DNA of 62,278 nucleotides from Nanobdellati archaeon (GCA_013152815.1 JAADFO010000060.1:1-62278), one strand, 5' to 3'. Positions 17,021-26,895 are shown, counted from the stretch's first letter. Notes: generated by a model from the sequence alone, not told the origin. A program made the numbers and translations.

Positions 17021-18112
17021 TTACGGTAGCCACGTCTTCTGGTCCTTGAGCTTGTTCGGCAGGTACTTTTCCATGACGTAGTTGAGGCCCCACTTCGCGA
17101 GGGCCTGCTGTTCTGCCCTCACTTTCATCGATGTCTGGACCTTGATGGCCTTCTGCCATTCTTTGTGGTCCTGGACAAAAGGGTCGTTCTTCAGCGCATC
17201 CTTTCCCCTCTTGATGTCAACCTCCTTCAGCGGATGGGTCGGTAATTTGTAGTCGATGATATCCTGGGGAGTGATGCCGATGTATTTTGCGTTGGGCACG
17301 CAGAAATATTTGTTGATGTGGGCAGCGTTGCCTGAGCCGACCTTCAGTGTCCTATAGATGTTGAAGTAGCCGTAGAAGTCCCCGTCGCAGAAGACGTAGA
17401 CCGGAAGCTTGTTCTCATCGTTGAGTTTCCTGAGGAACCGCCGTGTCGCGCGGGTGGGCACGCCCCCCATGGAGATGATGATGCACTGTGCTTTCTTCCA
17501 GTATTTGTGCTTGTTCAGACGTTCGAACATACCTGCCGTCTCGATGGCCAGGACGAATTTTGCATCGGTCTCGAAACGCAGGTGCTCCACCGATGAAGGG
17601 ACCGAATAGGCTCCTGATCCCATCTTGGTGCAGTCGATCCTGATGTCCTTGCCGGTGTCCGGGTCCCTGTCGATGACGGTCAACGCTCCAGCCACCGCTC
17701 CGCCATGCTCCCCGGGGATGAACCCTATCTGTTCCCTGTTCACCATCATCATCGCTTCGATGTCGTCCATGACATCATCTGACTCTGGCTGTTCGTTGAA
17801 GCGCGCTTCGCCCCAGTTCTTGCTCACATAATATGCCTCTCTCTTGGTGGCGATGTCGTCCTCTGAGATGAGCTGTTTGGACAGGTCCATCATCTTCAGG
17901 GTCTGGGCAAAGGTCTTGATGGTCGTCGCGGTCAGGGTGCGTTCCTTGAGTTTTCCCACCAGCTCGAAGTAGCCGTTCTTCCGGTCATAGGTGACGTTCT
18001 TCAGTGAACGGATGGGCATGCTGATGGTCGGCAGCTGTTTCTTGAGAATGGTCTCATAGATGTCTCTCGCTATCTTCTTGATCTCATCGAGGACGTTACT
18101 CATGGGCATCAC
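17021..18112 (-). CDS. top6A: DNA topoisomerase VI subunit A (Spo11 family)
   Basis: The YYVSKNW segment carries the likely catalytic Tyr. Toprim region [12 protein letters not shown]...[16 protein letters not shown]...VFCDGDFYG. Confidence 0.9.
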   Translation of the reverse strand: MMPMSNVLDEIKKIARDIYETILKKQLPTISMPIRSLKNVTYDRKNGYFELVGKLKERTLTATTIKTFAQTLKMMDLSKQLISEDDIATKREAYYVSKNWGEARFNEQPESDDVMDDIEAMMMVNREQIGFIPGEHGGAVAGALTVIDRDPDTGKDIRIDCTKMGSGAYSVPSSVEHLRFETDAKFVLAIETAGMFERLNKHKYWKKAQCIIISMGGVPTRATRRFLRKLNDENKLPVYVFCDGDFYGYFNIYRTLKVGSGNAAHINKYFCVPNAKYIGITPQDIIDYKLPTHPLKEVDIKRGKDALKNDPFVQDHKEWQKAIKVQTSMKVRAEQQALAKWGLNYVMEKYLPNKLKDQKTWLP

Positions 18113-19817
18113 CCAGGGTCGTCTGCTTTACCTGCTTTGTCTTCTTGTCCTTGATATCCTTCTTCTCGACAGGGTCTGCTTCCGCTTCCTCCTGCTGGCC
18201 GGTCCTGCCGATCTTCGCCAGTTCCTCGTCGTATTCCGGGTTGTCGACAGCAAAGGTCTCCAGTCTTCCCCGTTTCATCTCGAGAGAATCCTTGAGCACG
18301 TGCTTCACCTTCTCTGCTTCACTGTCCTTGAGCGAGAGCAGGTCCTGGAGTGCTGAGGCGACGTGGGGGATGTATTTCTCGATATAGGAGCGCTTCTTGA
18401 ACTCATCGTTCACTCTCTTCTTTTTCTTGATATAGCTCGCGAGTTTGCGTCCGCATTCCTGCAACGCAAGCTTGATCTCTTTCATGATCTCAGGATAGTG
18501 GGCTATGGCTTCCTTGCTCTCAGAGGTGAAGGGAACCCAGACCGAGGCGATATGGACGACGATGGTCAGCGGTCCATAGGGGAGCGCTCCTGAACTCTGG
18601 CTGAGACCGTAGCCCCGCCAGCTTGTCTGGATGATGGACCTGGTGATGGCGCAGGCCCCCTGCTGATAGAGCAGCGGCACCCGGTTGGCAAAGCGCATCA
18701 CCCTTGCCGAAGAATCTCCCTGTTGGTCCCCTCCATAGGCGATGCCCGCCTCGACGACGAAGGGATTGCCTCTATAGACTTCCGGCGGTCGTGTCACCGT
18801 CGTATAGAGTTCTGCGTTGATCTCTTTCCGTAGTCCTTTCTCGAGCAGCTCGGCTCCGATGGGTGAGATGCAGTCGGTGGGAGGGGCGATGATCTTCGTG
18901 TTCTTGATGCCCTTGAGAAGCGCTTCGGTCATCTCCCGCGACATCTTCTTCGGTTTGGTGTTGGTGAGAAGCGCAGCGTTCTCGCAGATCAGTTTTGCCG
19001 TCCCTGCACCCACCCGGGAGAACTCATTGGTCAGGAACGCCTGCAGGGTCGTATAGGTTGTCGAGTTGAGCATGCTCATCAGGATGCCCAGTTCGATGCC
19101 GTAGGGATGCGGCTTGATCTCTTTTGCCTTAAGCGGCATCTGTTCGGTCACCCGGGGGAATATCAGCTGTTCTGCCTTGGGATTGGTATAGATGATGGTG
19201 ACATGAGGATTGGTGATCGCGGTCTCCTTGAGATATTCGTCGATGCTCTGGTTGCCCTTGCTGTAGCTCGCTTCCAGGTCCAGTTCGATACGGGTTCCAT
19301 GCTCCTTGTTCCATTCGACCGTATCTTCCTTGTCGATGCTTGGCTTGTTGGTCTGGGTGGAGATATGGAGCTCGTAGTAGTTGGCCGGCTCGTCAGGATG
19401 GATCCGTGACGTTATCTTGGCAGGCCTGCCGGTCGTCAGCTGGGCGTACATGACCGAGGCAGAGATGCCGATCCCCTGCTGCCCTCTGCTTTGGGAAAGC
19501 TTATGGAATTTCGATCCATAGAGCAGTTTTGCGAAGATCTTCGGTATCTGCGCCTTGATGATCCCCGGCCCGTTGTCCTCGATGATGACCTTGTAGCGGT
19601 CCTCTCCCATCTCGATGACCTCGACGTTCACCTCAGGGAGTATGGACGCCTCTTCGCAGGCGTCAAGGGCATTGTCCACCCCCTCTTTGATGGTGGTCAT
19701 GAGCGCTTTCTTCTTGTTGTCGAATCCGAGAAGGTGCCTGTTCTTGGTGAAGAATTCGGCGATGGAGATATCACGTTGTTTCTTCGCCATATCGTGTGCA
19801 ATGGTGTCTGCTGCCAT
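18096..19817 (-). CDS. top6B: DNA topoisomerase VI subunit B (GHKL ATPase)
   Basis: Bergerat-fold motifs [18 protein letters not shown] and [22 protein letters not shown]. Overlaps top6A by 17 nt. Confidence 0.9.
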   Translation of the reverse strand: MAADTIAHDMAKKQRDISIAEFFTKNRHLLGFDNKKKALMTTIKEGVDNALDACEEASILPEVNVEVIEMGEDRYKVIIEDNGPGIIKAQIPKIFAKLLYGSKFHKLSQSRGQQGIGISASVMYAQLTTGRPAKITSRIHPDEPANYYELHISTQTNKPSIDKEDTVEWNKEHGTRIELDLEASYSKGNQSIDEYLKETAITNPHVTIIYTNPKAEQLIFPRVTEQMPLKAKEIKPHPYGIELGILMSMLNSTTYTTLQAFLTNEFSRVGAGTAKLICENAALLTNTKPKKMSREMTEALLKGIKNTKIIAPPTDCISPIGAELLEKGLRKEINAELYTTVTRPPEVYRGNPFVVEAGIAYGGDQQGDSSARVMRFANRVPLLYQQGACAITRSIIQTSWRGYGLSQSSGALPYGPLTIVVHIASVWVPFTSESKEAIAHYPEIMKEIKLALQECGRKLASYIKKKKRVNDEFKKRSYIEKYIPHVASALQDLLSLKDSEAEKVKHVLKDSLEMKRGRLETFAVDNPEYDEELAKIGRTGQQEEAEADPVEKKDIKDKKTKQVKQTTLGDAHE

Positions 19818-19954
19818 GAAGAATCTACCGTCTGTTCATTTTTCATGAAAAGGCATATATATAAATTTATGCGATTTGGAGACTATACATGCAGGCTGCA
19901 TGAAAGAGGGAGTGGGCGTCTTCCCTCCTGCGCCCAGGATCGTTTAGGTTCGTT

Positions 19955-20935
19955 TCAGTCTTGCAGGGTCCTCTTCGGGACGACGACATGGTATCTTGAG
20001 AAATCATAGGACATGCCATTGATGGAAAGCGCAGGGTTCGTTTCATTGAACAGTTCCTGGCTGATCCGTCCCCTGCCCTGGGTGGCGATGTCCAGTTCTT
20101 CTATGAACGGGTTCAGCGCTTCAGCGATGAAGCGATAGTCTTCCGGACCGACCGGTCTTACGCCCGCATCTCTTCCCCCTATGTTCCTGTGCGTTCGAGG
20201 GGTGTAGTTGCGTCCTTCAAGCATCCCTGATCCTATCTCTTCATCTATCTCGTCTCCCAGGGTGAGGATGGTCCCTCCGGCCGCAAAAAGCCCTGCATTG
20301 AACGGAAGGTTCTTCAGGGTGACGATGGACCCTCCTCGCTGTCCCCAGCCCAGTCTCGGTCCGACATAATCCTTGAAAAGGAAGCGTGCGCCGCTGTTCA
20401 CCTGTGCAGCGCTTTCGTCTGCCACGTTGTCGACGATGATCTTTCCTTGTTTGGCATTGTCCATGAAGCTTCTTCCGACCGATCCTCTGATATGATGGAT
20501 AAGGTAGCGATCGATGGGCATCCCGCCATAGAAGGAACCCACATCCCCCTTGACGATGATCTTTTGGAAGGCATAGGGCCTCGCATTCTGATTCTGCTTG
20601 TTCTCCTGCTTGGCGGCCGAGGTCCTTCCGATCCCGACGCAGAGGTTATACATCCCTTCGGGGTTGAGGATCTCGATGGTCTCATGGGTCTTTCCGAGTT
20701 TTTCCAGAAGCTCGCTGACGATGAACTCGAGCACATAGGGCGTGTCGCTGTTTATCTCTTGGTACATGTTCCTTCCGAGCCTTCGGACACCCGGCGGCAG
20801 CGTTATGCCGTAGGTATCTGAAAGTCGTCGCTGGAACTCATCGAAGATCGTGCGAAACCGCTTCTGACGGCCGTCGCTCTGCCGATAAAACGATCGTATC
20901 TCATCGATGTCCAGCTGGGTGATGCTCTTGTCCAT
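19955..20935 (-). CDS. glutamate synthase GXGXG (beta-helix, GltB domain 3 / FwdC-like) subunit
   Basis: Repeated GXGXG-type turns IIVKGDVGSFYGG...IRGSVGRSF...IIVDNVADESAA...GGSIVTLKN...AAGGTILTLGD. ATG at 20935 chosen because track start 21034 overlaps the upstream gene. Confidence 0.75.
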   Translation of the reverse strand: MDKSITQLDIDEIRSFYRQSDGRQKRFRTIFDEFQRRLSDTYGITLPPGVRRLGRNMYQEINSDTPYVLEFIVSELLEKLGKTHETIEILNPEGMYNLCVGIGRTSAAKQENKQNQNARPYAFQKIIVKGDVGSFYGGMPIDRYLIHHIRGSVGRSFMDNAKQGKIIVDNVADESAAQVNSGARFLFKDYVGPRLGWGQRGGSIVTLKNLPFNAGLFAAGGTILTLGDEIDEEIGSGMLEGRNYTPRTHRNIGGRDAGVRPVGPEDYRFIAEALNPFIEELDIATQGRGRISQELFNETNPALSINGMSYDFSRYHVVVPKRTLQD

Positions 20936-21005
20936 CTTGCTCTCTCTTTGCTCGTCCTTTCTTTTCAGGACCCTCTTGCTTCTCTTTGTCCTTTTGTCTG
21001 CCGCT

Positions 21006-23330
21006 TCATCGTCTGATGCCTGTCTTGAACACATGGACGCCTCCGCGGGAGAGGAAGTTCAGATCTTCATGGGCTCCTACCTTGTTCAGTGCAGCGATAT
21101 CGGTGGCCACGGCGTAGAACCCCTGTCCGGGATTGTATCCCATGATGGCAGGTCTCAACGCATTCCTGTCCTTGACAAAGGCCACACCTTCCGGTGTAGC
21201 CACGAGGAAGGAATAGGGACCGTCACCCCTGTCGACAAAATCCTTGGCTGCATCTTCCAGCGAATACCCTCTGTTGATGCGTTCTGCGATGAAAGAAGCG
21301 ATGACCTCTGAATCGGTCGGTGCAAAGAAAGGATATCCCATGATCTGCAGTTTGTTCTTGAGACGGGTCGCATTGCTCACCTCTCCATTATGGACGACGG
21401 TAATGTCAGGCAGGACGGACGTGGAGAACGGATGTGCGGTGACGGGGTTGACGCCGGTCATGGTGGCTGTCCTGACGTGGCCGATGCCATAGAGAACATT
21501 CTCATATCGGTCCAGTCCATAGAGCCGATAGAGTTGGTCTACCTTGCCCACATCCTTGATGACATCAGAGTAGTTGCCGAAACTGATGAGTGTCAGGTCG
21601 GGTATCTTCGATATTTTGCTGAGCGCACGAAGGACGCTGTCCATGTCAGAATAGATGACGAACTCCTTGATGTCTATGCCTTTCTCATAATGCTTCGGTG
21701 TCTTCGGGATGCTTTCATGGATGGTCTGTTCCTCAGAATATCTCTTGATGATCGCTTCGATCTCCTGGAGGTTTTCATGGTCAAAACGTATCTTTAGGCG
21801 ATATCTGTTCTCCGGGATGTCTTTGTAATAATAGAAGGCCACTCCTGCAGAGTCAGGTCCCCTGTTCTGCATCTTTTTCATCATATCATGTAAGAACTTG
21901 TTGACCGGCAGGGGCTCTTCCTTTCCGGAGAGGATGGCTTCCAATTTCTTCTCTGATGGGATGATTGCTGCGATGCCGCATCCTCCCTGATCGTCGGCTC
22001 TTGCCGCATATCTCCTGCTGTCCTTCACGACGTTGGCTCCGGGCATGGGGATGTTGGTCATGCGATGGATGGCATAGTCGGTGGTCCGTAGCTCTAAAGG
22101 TGTTGTGCTGTTCCCCAGGTAATGCCCGTTCGCAGCGTAGAGCAGTTCTAGTGATCTTTTTGTCCTCTCGAAATACCGGACGATGTTCTCTGTTGCTGCA
22201 TCGATGTCCATCTCCTTCCCTCCGTCGGTGGTGATGTATACAGGACAATGGTCGTGGCAGCTATGGCATGCGGTGCATCCGAGTGCCAGTTCGATGGCGG
22301 TCCCGACCGACACCATGTTGGCTCCCAGTGCAAATGAGATGTACATCTCCGGGGAGAAGATGATGCCCCCTGAGATGATGAGGGAGATCTCCTCAAAATC
22401 GACGGTCCGGTCCATCCTTCTGAGCGTCTTGTAAAGCTGGGCTGCCATATCGTCTGATCCTTTCCTGGCCTCGGCGATGGCAGGGATGGTCTGGATTCCC
22501 AGATAGCTCTGGGCGATCTCTGGCGCTGCGCCGGTCCCTGCTGACATGCCGTCGACGGTGATGAAGTCGGCCATGCGGGACGCTATGATGGCATCATGAT
22601 AGACGTCAGTGGCAGCTATCTTGACGCCGATGGGGATATTCCCTCCTGTTGCTATCCTGAGTTCCTGGATCTTTGCGAAGAGATCCTCTGGACCGATGAT
22701 GTCCATGTTCCGGGCAGGAGAATAGGCAGGAACCCCCTCAGGGATGCCTCTGAGACGGGCTATCTCCTTCGTGACCTTATTGCCTGGCAACTGCCCGCCT
22801 ATGCCCGGTTTTGCGCCCTGGCCTATCTTGATCTCGATGGCATCTGCCTGCAGCAGGGATTCCAGATTGACGTTGAACCTGCCCGAGGCCACCTGGACCA
22901 TGAGCAGGTAGTCTCGGTCTTCCAGCTCGTGGGGCAGGACACCTCCCTCTCCGGTATTGTAGAAGATCTTCATCCCGTGATCACGGGCGAGGATATTGAG
23001 CGCCCGGTGGATAGCAAGCTTACTGCTCTTCGTCAGTGCACCATAGCTCATCCCCGCGACCATCACCGGCAGGTCGGTCTTGACAGCAGGAGAAAACCTT
23101 CCTCCTAGAGAATAGGAAAGGTCGACATGTTCTTTATGGAAGTCGATGGGCGGTTTGGTCAGTTGTGCGGCAGCAAATGTGATGCTGTCCCAGGCGTCTT
23201 TTTTCTTTCCGGAGTATGAGGTGACGTTGATATCTTTCCCGTCCGGGTTGATGAATATATTGAAATGTTCCCTTCTTTCCTGGCTCACCTTGATAAGTTC
23301 CTTGTCTGGTTTGTTCTTCTTTCCTGTCAT
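21006..23330 (-). CDS. glutamate synthase-like fusion: N-terminal FMN/TIM-barrel domain plus C-terminal class-II (Ntn) glutamine amidotransferase domain
   Basis: FMN-domain motifs IKIGQGAKPGIGGQLPG and DGMSAGTGAAP. Cys cluster CTACHSCHDHC. C-terminal GATase-2 motifs GGCGIAAII, RGPDSAGVAF, GHVRTATMTG and VVHNGEVSN...TDSEVIA. Confidence 0.8.
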   Translation of the reverse strand: MTGKKNKPDKELIKVSQERREHFNIFINPDGKDINVTSYSGKKKDAWDSITFAAAQLTKPPIDFHKEHVDLSYSLGGRFSPAVKTDLPVMVAGMSYGALTKSSKLAIHRALNILARDHGMKIFYNTGEGGVLPHELEDRDYLLMVQVASGRFNVNLESLLQADAIEIKIGQGAKPGIGGQLPGNKVTKEIARLRGIPEGVPAYSPARNMDIIGPEDLFAKIQELRIATGGNIPIGVKIAATDVYHDAIIASRMADFITVDGMSAGTGAAPEIAQSYLGIQTIPAIAEARKGSDDMAAQLYKTLRRMDRTVDFEEISLIISGGIIFSPEMYISFALGANMVSVGTAIELALGCTACHSCHDHCPVYITTDGGKEMDIDAATENIVRYFERTKRSLELLYAANGHYLGNSTTPLELRTTDYAIHRMTNIPMPGANVVKDSRRYAARADDQGGCGIAAIIPSEKKLEAILSGKEEPLPVNKFLHDMMKKMQNRGPDSAGVAFYYYKDIPENRYRLKIRFDHENLQEIEAIIKRYSEEQTIHESIPKTPKHYEKGIDIKEFVIYSDMDSVLRALSKISKIPDLTLISFGNYSDVIKDVGKVDQLYRLYGLDRYENVLYGIGHVRTATMTGVNPVTAHPFSTSVLPDITVVHNGEVSNATRLKNKLQIMGYPFFAPTDSEVIASFIAERINRGYSLEDAAKDFVDRGDGPYSFLVATPEGVAFVKDRNALRPAIMGYNPGQGFYAVATDIAALNKVGAHEDLNFLSRGGVHVFKTGIRR

Positions 23331-23401
23331 AGTTTCCTCTGTCGTCTAGAAGACATGTTGGTGTATCTGCACCATCATAGATTCATGTCAAAGATGGTAG
23401 A

Positions 23402-23962
23402 CTAACGATTCCTCTTTTTTAGGGATTCCAGAAGGGTCACTGCTTCGCTCTTGTCTGCTTCGTCAACCGTCCCGTCCGCATTGATGTCAGCAGCATAAAA
23501 CTCATCAGGACTTAGACTTATCTGTCCATCGACGTAGGCCGCGATGATCTCCACATCTCGGCTTGTGAATGCGAGGTCTCCGTCGACATCTCCTTTCACC
23601 GCAGGCAGACGTGACACTTTTCCATCGAGATAGTCCTGCAGCAGCGATCGGTCCTGGTCATCAACCTGTCCGTCCCTGTTCAGGTCGCTTCGTGTCGGGT
23701 CCTGCAGTGGATAAGGTTTCAGGCCCATCACCTCAAGGTCATGGCTGTCGATCCTTCCATTCCCATCGATGTCTCCGACGATATGCTCTTGCGTGCGCTC
23801 TTTGGGAAGCTGTCTTTGCGGTGGCTGCACCGACGCATAGCCGCCGATGTTCTGGTCATCGATATGCGCATCCAGAAGGCTCGGCTCTACGATGACCGCC
23901 ATCGCGAGGAGGGCAAAGCCAACGACGACCAGAAGATACCTGGTCTCATCATGCTTTATCAT
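23402..23962 (-). CDS. membrane-anchored dockerin-repeat protein
   Basis: N-terminal TM LLVVVGFALLAMAVIV. Four EF-hand-like Ca-binding loops typical of type-I dockerins (GDIDGNGRIDSHD, DLNRDGQVDDQD, GDVDGDLAFTSRD, ADINADGTVDEAD). Confidence 0.65.
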   Translation of the reverse strand: MIKHDETRYLLVVVGFALLAMAVIVEPSLLDAHIDDQNIGGYASVQPPQRQLPKERTQEHIVGDIDGNGRIDSHDLEVMGLKPYPLQDPTRSDLNRDGQVDDQDRSLLQDYLDGKVSRLPAVKGDVDGDLAFTSRDVEIIAAYVDGQISLSPDEFYAADINADGTVDEADKSEAVTLLESLKKRNR

Positions 23963-24052
23963 ATGCTCTCAATAGAGAATCAATCTATAAAATTGTTTCG
24001 TTTTGTCCTCGGTCATGATCTTCAGGACCAGGTCCTGTATCCTGTCTTTCTG

Positions 24053-24658
24053 TCAATGCATGGACCGGTGCATCTTGACATGCATCCTTTCGAGGAACTG
24101 GTAGACCTTTGCATGGGGCGACCCGGAGATGATCATCTCGATGGATCTCCTTGCGATGGGGACCTTCTCGATATTCCCGATGATGGAAACGGTCTTTCCA
24201 TAGACCGATATGTTGGTGTCGGTGAGCTCTTCGATGATCCTCCTGCTCTTTCCTTCAGTCCCTATGAGGCGTCCCTTTATCCGGAGGAGATGGTTCTTGG
24301 TGGAGACGAAATCGGTGAGGTCGATGAGTTCGAAAAGATAGTCCTGCCGCAGCAAGAGGAGCGCGATATCAGGGTTGAATCCCCTGGCGATGGCCTTGAT
24401 GATCTCCTTTGCGCTATAGAGCCGCAGGGCATCCTTTCCCGAGATGGTGACTTCTCCCTCTTTGCTGTCCACCGTGATGCGGATCCTTGCCTGCTGCTCC
24501 AGTTCACGCTTCACTTCCCCTTTCTTGCCGATGAGCACAGCTACCCTGTCCTTGGGGACCCTCACCATATACGAATATTCAGCGGAATATTCCGCGTTTT
24601 TCGATGGTCCATCCTTTGGCGAAGGGCCGGTCAGGGCTTCTTCTTTGGTCCTGTTCAT
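24053..24658 (-). CDS. KH-domain RNA-binding protein (archaeal Dim2/Pno1-like)
   Basis: Two KH modules (VAVLIGKKGEVKRELE; IKGRLIGTEGKSRRIIEELT). 201 aa. Confidence 0.75.
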   Translation of the reverse strand: MNRTKEEALTGPSPKDGPSKNAEYSAEYSYMVRVPKDRVAVLIGKKGEVKRELEQQARIRITVDSKEGEVTISGKDALRLYSAKEIIKAIARGFNPDIALLLLRQDYLFELIDLTDFVSTKNHLLRIKGRLIGTEGKSRRIIEELTDTNISVYGKTVSIIGNIEKVPIARRSIEMIISGSPHAKVYQFLERMHVKMHRSMH

Positions 24659-24808
24659 ATCGTTTCAGGGTTGATGGGAGCTATATATACTTAACGTCTT
24701 GATCTTGATATAGACATCCCTGCTGCGGGTGACCCTCTTGGCAATCTTTCCGTAGGCAATCTTTCTGCATGAAAACATTTATATTGCTGGCGGGGTTGCC
24801 TGGCTGCC

Positions 24809-25255
24809 ATGAAGCTTCCTGTCACTGTTCTTGCATTTGTCTGCGCATCCCTCTTCATAGCCGGTTGTGGTCAATCCGGCAGAGATGGTGAGTTCGACGG
24901 GTTTGCCCAGTGCCTGGCAGCATCAGGGGTCACCATGTACGGCGGTTTCCAATGCCCCCATTGCAGGCAGATGAAGAAGTCTTTTGGCTCTTCCTGGGAA
25001 TACGTGAACTATGTCGAATGCGATCCCCGCGGCCCCGATGAACAGTCCCTGCGCTGTATCGACAAGGGAATTGATGCCTATCCTACCTGGGAGCTCGCGA
25101 ACGGTACCCATGTGGAAGGGGCCATCCCGCTCTCAGAGCTCAGCGCACTGACAGGCTGTCCTTTATATGCGTCTGATGCTCCTGCCACTGAAGCCAGCAC
25201 CGAGGACAACACCAAGGTCAACGCCGCGGGCAATGCCCTGAAGGGAGGTGCTTGA
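24809..25255 (+). CDS. thioredoxin-fold lipoprotein of the type usually fused to VKOR (CPHC active site)
   Basis: Lipobox LFIAGC. MYGGFQCPHCRQMKKSFG...YVECDP...C...IDAYPTWELANG closely follows the Trx-like domain pattern of cyanobacterial/actinobacterial VKOR fusions. Confidence 0.7.
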   Translation: MKLPVTVLAFVCASLFIAGCGQSGRDGEFDGFAQCLAASGVTMYGGFQCPHCRQMKKSFGSSWEYVNYVECDPRGPDEQSLRCIDKGIDAYPTWELANGTHVEGAIPLSELSALTGCPLYASDAPATEASTEDNTKVNAAGNALKGGA

Positions 25256-25256
25256 T

Positions 25257-25973
25257 ATGGTCGTCGAGATCGTCATGCCGACCATCCCCGTCGTCATAGG
25301 GACGGCCCTCGTCGACTCGATAAATCCCTGTGCCATAGGTGTCCTCATCCTGCTCATAGCGACCCTTCTGGGACTTGCAGAGGACAGGAAGAAGATGCTT
25401 ACCATCGGAAGTATCTATATCTTTGTGGTCTTTCTCACCTATCTCTTCGCAGGTTTCGGCCTTCTCGTCTTCATCCAGCGGATGGATTTTGCGTCCACAC
25501 TCTCCCTGGTGGTCGCTGTGCTGGTCATACTGATGGGTCTCGTGGAGCTGAAGGACTTCTTCTGGTACGGCAAGGGCATCTCCCTGTCCATCCCCAAAAA
25601 AAGCGCAAAAAAGATCATGAAGCTCATCGATAACGTCTCTGTCCCCAGTGCCATCGTCCTGGGCTTCTTCGTGGCTGCCGTCGAGCTTCCCTGCACAGGC
25701 GGTCCTTATCTCGCCATCACGACCCTCCTCGCGAAGATCGGGTTCTCTGTGCAGGTCTTCTGGCTGCTCATCGTCTATAATCTCATCTTTGTCCTCCCTT
25801 TGGTGGTCATCCTCCTGCTGGTCTATTTCGGGGTCAAGGCAGAGCAGATCAAGGATTGGAAGCAGGAGAACCGGAAATGGATGCGTCTCTTCACAGGGAT
25901 CGTCCTTATAGTCCTGGGTGTCTTCCTGCTCCTCTGGGAACAGGGCATCATCACTTTCAGTCTGCTGGGTTGA
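25257..25973 (+). CDS. ccdA: CcdA/DsbD-family transmembrane thiol:disulfide electron transporter
   Basis: Two signature Cys motifs, DSINPCAIGVL and ELPCTGGPYL, in a polytopic membrane protein. ATG 25257 follows GGAGGTG by 7 nt; track start 25248 is GTG. Confidence 0.8.
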   Translation: MVVEIVMPTIPVVIGTALVDSINPCAIGVLILLIATLLGLAEDRKKMLTIGSIYIFVVFLTYLFAGFGLLVFIQRMDFASTLSLVVAVLVILMGLVELKDFFWYGKGISLSIPKKSAKKIMKLIDNVSVPSAIVLGFFVAAVELPCTGGPYLAITTLLAKIGFSVQVFWLLIVYNLIFVLPLVVILLLVYFGVKAEQIKDWKQENRKWMRLFTGIVLIVLGVFLLLWEQGIITFSLLG

Positions 25974-26022
25974 TATCTTCTTTCTGCAGCGTATCCTGCT
26001 CTTTCTTGCTGACAGAGACGTT

Positions 26023-26526
26023 ATGACAGAAACCTTTATTAAAGGAAAACTCCCTGATAAGCCTATGCCTTCTCCTTCAGCTAAGTCAGGGTCACAGGAG
26101 CTCATGAAGAACATGGCCCTCCTCAAGGAGAGTGCTCAGCGTATCCATGATGCGGTGGCTGAGAGCGAGCCTTTCCATCACGGTTGGGGGTCCAATCCGC
26201 TCTTTGAGGAGAAGCTCAAGCTCCACAGGAAACTCACATCTCTGGTGCATGAGCAGGAAGCCCTTGCTTCAGGCATCGTAGCGCTCATCAAGTCAGTGCA
26301 TGACTTTGAGCATGAACGCCTCAGGAGAGCGAAGCATCCCCTTCCTCCTGCACCCTGGCCTACCCGGTCGGCCACCCTTCCGCCAGATGCAGGCCTGTCT
26401 TCTCTGGGCAAATCAGGCAGATTGCCTTCCCTCAAGGGAGACCCTTCTTTCGATGGGGATGGGCCGGTGAAGAAGAAAGGGCTCAAAGCGCTGTTCGGCG
26501 GGCTCTTCAGGAAAGGCAGGCATTGA
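26023..26526 (+). CDS. hypothetical protein
   Basis: ATG at 26023 (MTETFIKGKL...) lies within track ORF 25918..26526. Coiled/charged middle and a P-rich C-terminal half. No motif recognised. Confidence 0.4.
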   Translation: MTETFIKGKLPDKPMPSPSAKSGSQELMKNMALLKESAQRIHDAVAESEPFHHGWGSNPLFEEKLKLHRKLTSLVHEQEALASGIVALIKSVHDFEHERLRRAKHPLPPAPWPTRSATLPPDAGLSSLGKSGRLPSLKGDPSFDGDGPVKKKGLKALFGGLFRKGRH

Positions 26527-26530
26527 ACCT

Positions 26531-26570
26531 CTGCTGGCATCTGCTGGCATCTGCTGGCAGCTCCTAGCAT
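26531..26570. repeat. 10-nt tandem repeat (ctgctggcat x3 plus one degenerate copy)
   Basis: Read directly, immediately 3' of the stop at 26526. Confidence 0.85.
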
Positions 26571-26720
26571 CTCCTCTTGTCGTCTGATCTGTACAGGGTT
26601 TCATACTCTGCACTTTAGTGCGTGAAACCGTTGCATGACTGATTTTTTCCGAATGATATCATCGCTCATTCTCACCACAACCTTTATAAACACCCTCAAA
26701 TTTCTCCAACATGATTCGGC

Positions 26721-26745
26721 GATATTTAAATAGGATTTAAATATC
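26721..26745. promoter_or_regulatory. 25-bp palindrome of two inverted TATA-like boxes (gatatttaaat-agg-atttaaatatc) upstream of the ribosomal operon
   Basis: Perfect 11-bp inverted repeat with a 3-nt spacer, about 150 nt upstream of the L3 ATG. A further TATA-like tttataaa lies at 26693-26700. Confidence 0.4.
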
Positions 26746-26895
26746 TGGAACATGCCAGCCTGAAAAGGATGTCTTTTCAGTACACGTATGTAGCGCATAG
26801 TGTTTCTGAACGGCTGTCCTATAGACTGCTGTCCGTGACCTGTTCCATCATATTCATCATCAAGAGTCAGAGGAGGCTCAAAGGAGTTACGAAGG

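Noticed and set aside
23741-24694. 317-aa + ORF
   Set aside because: It spans the antisense of both the dockerin gene and the KH-domain gene. The minus-strand products have clear domain signatures.
25218-26126. 302-aa acidic minus-strand ORF
   Set aside because: It is antisense to the CcdA membrane protein. Its D/E/H-rich translation mirrors the hydrophobic codons on the other strand.
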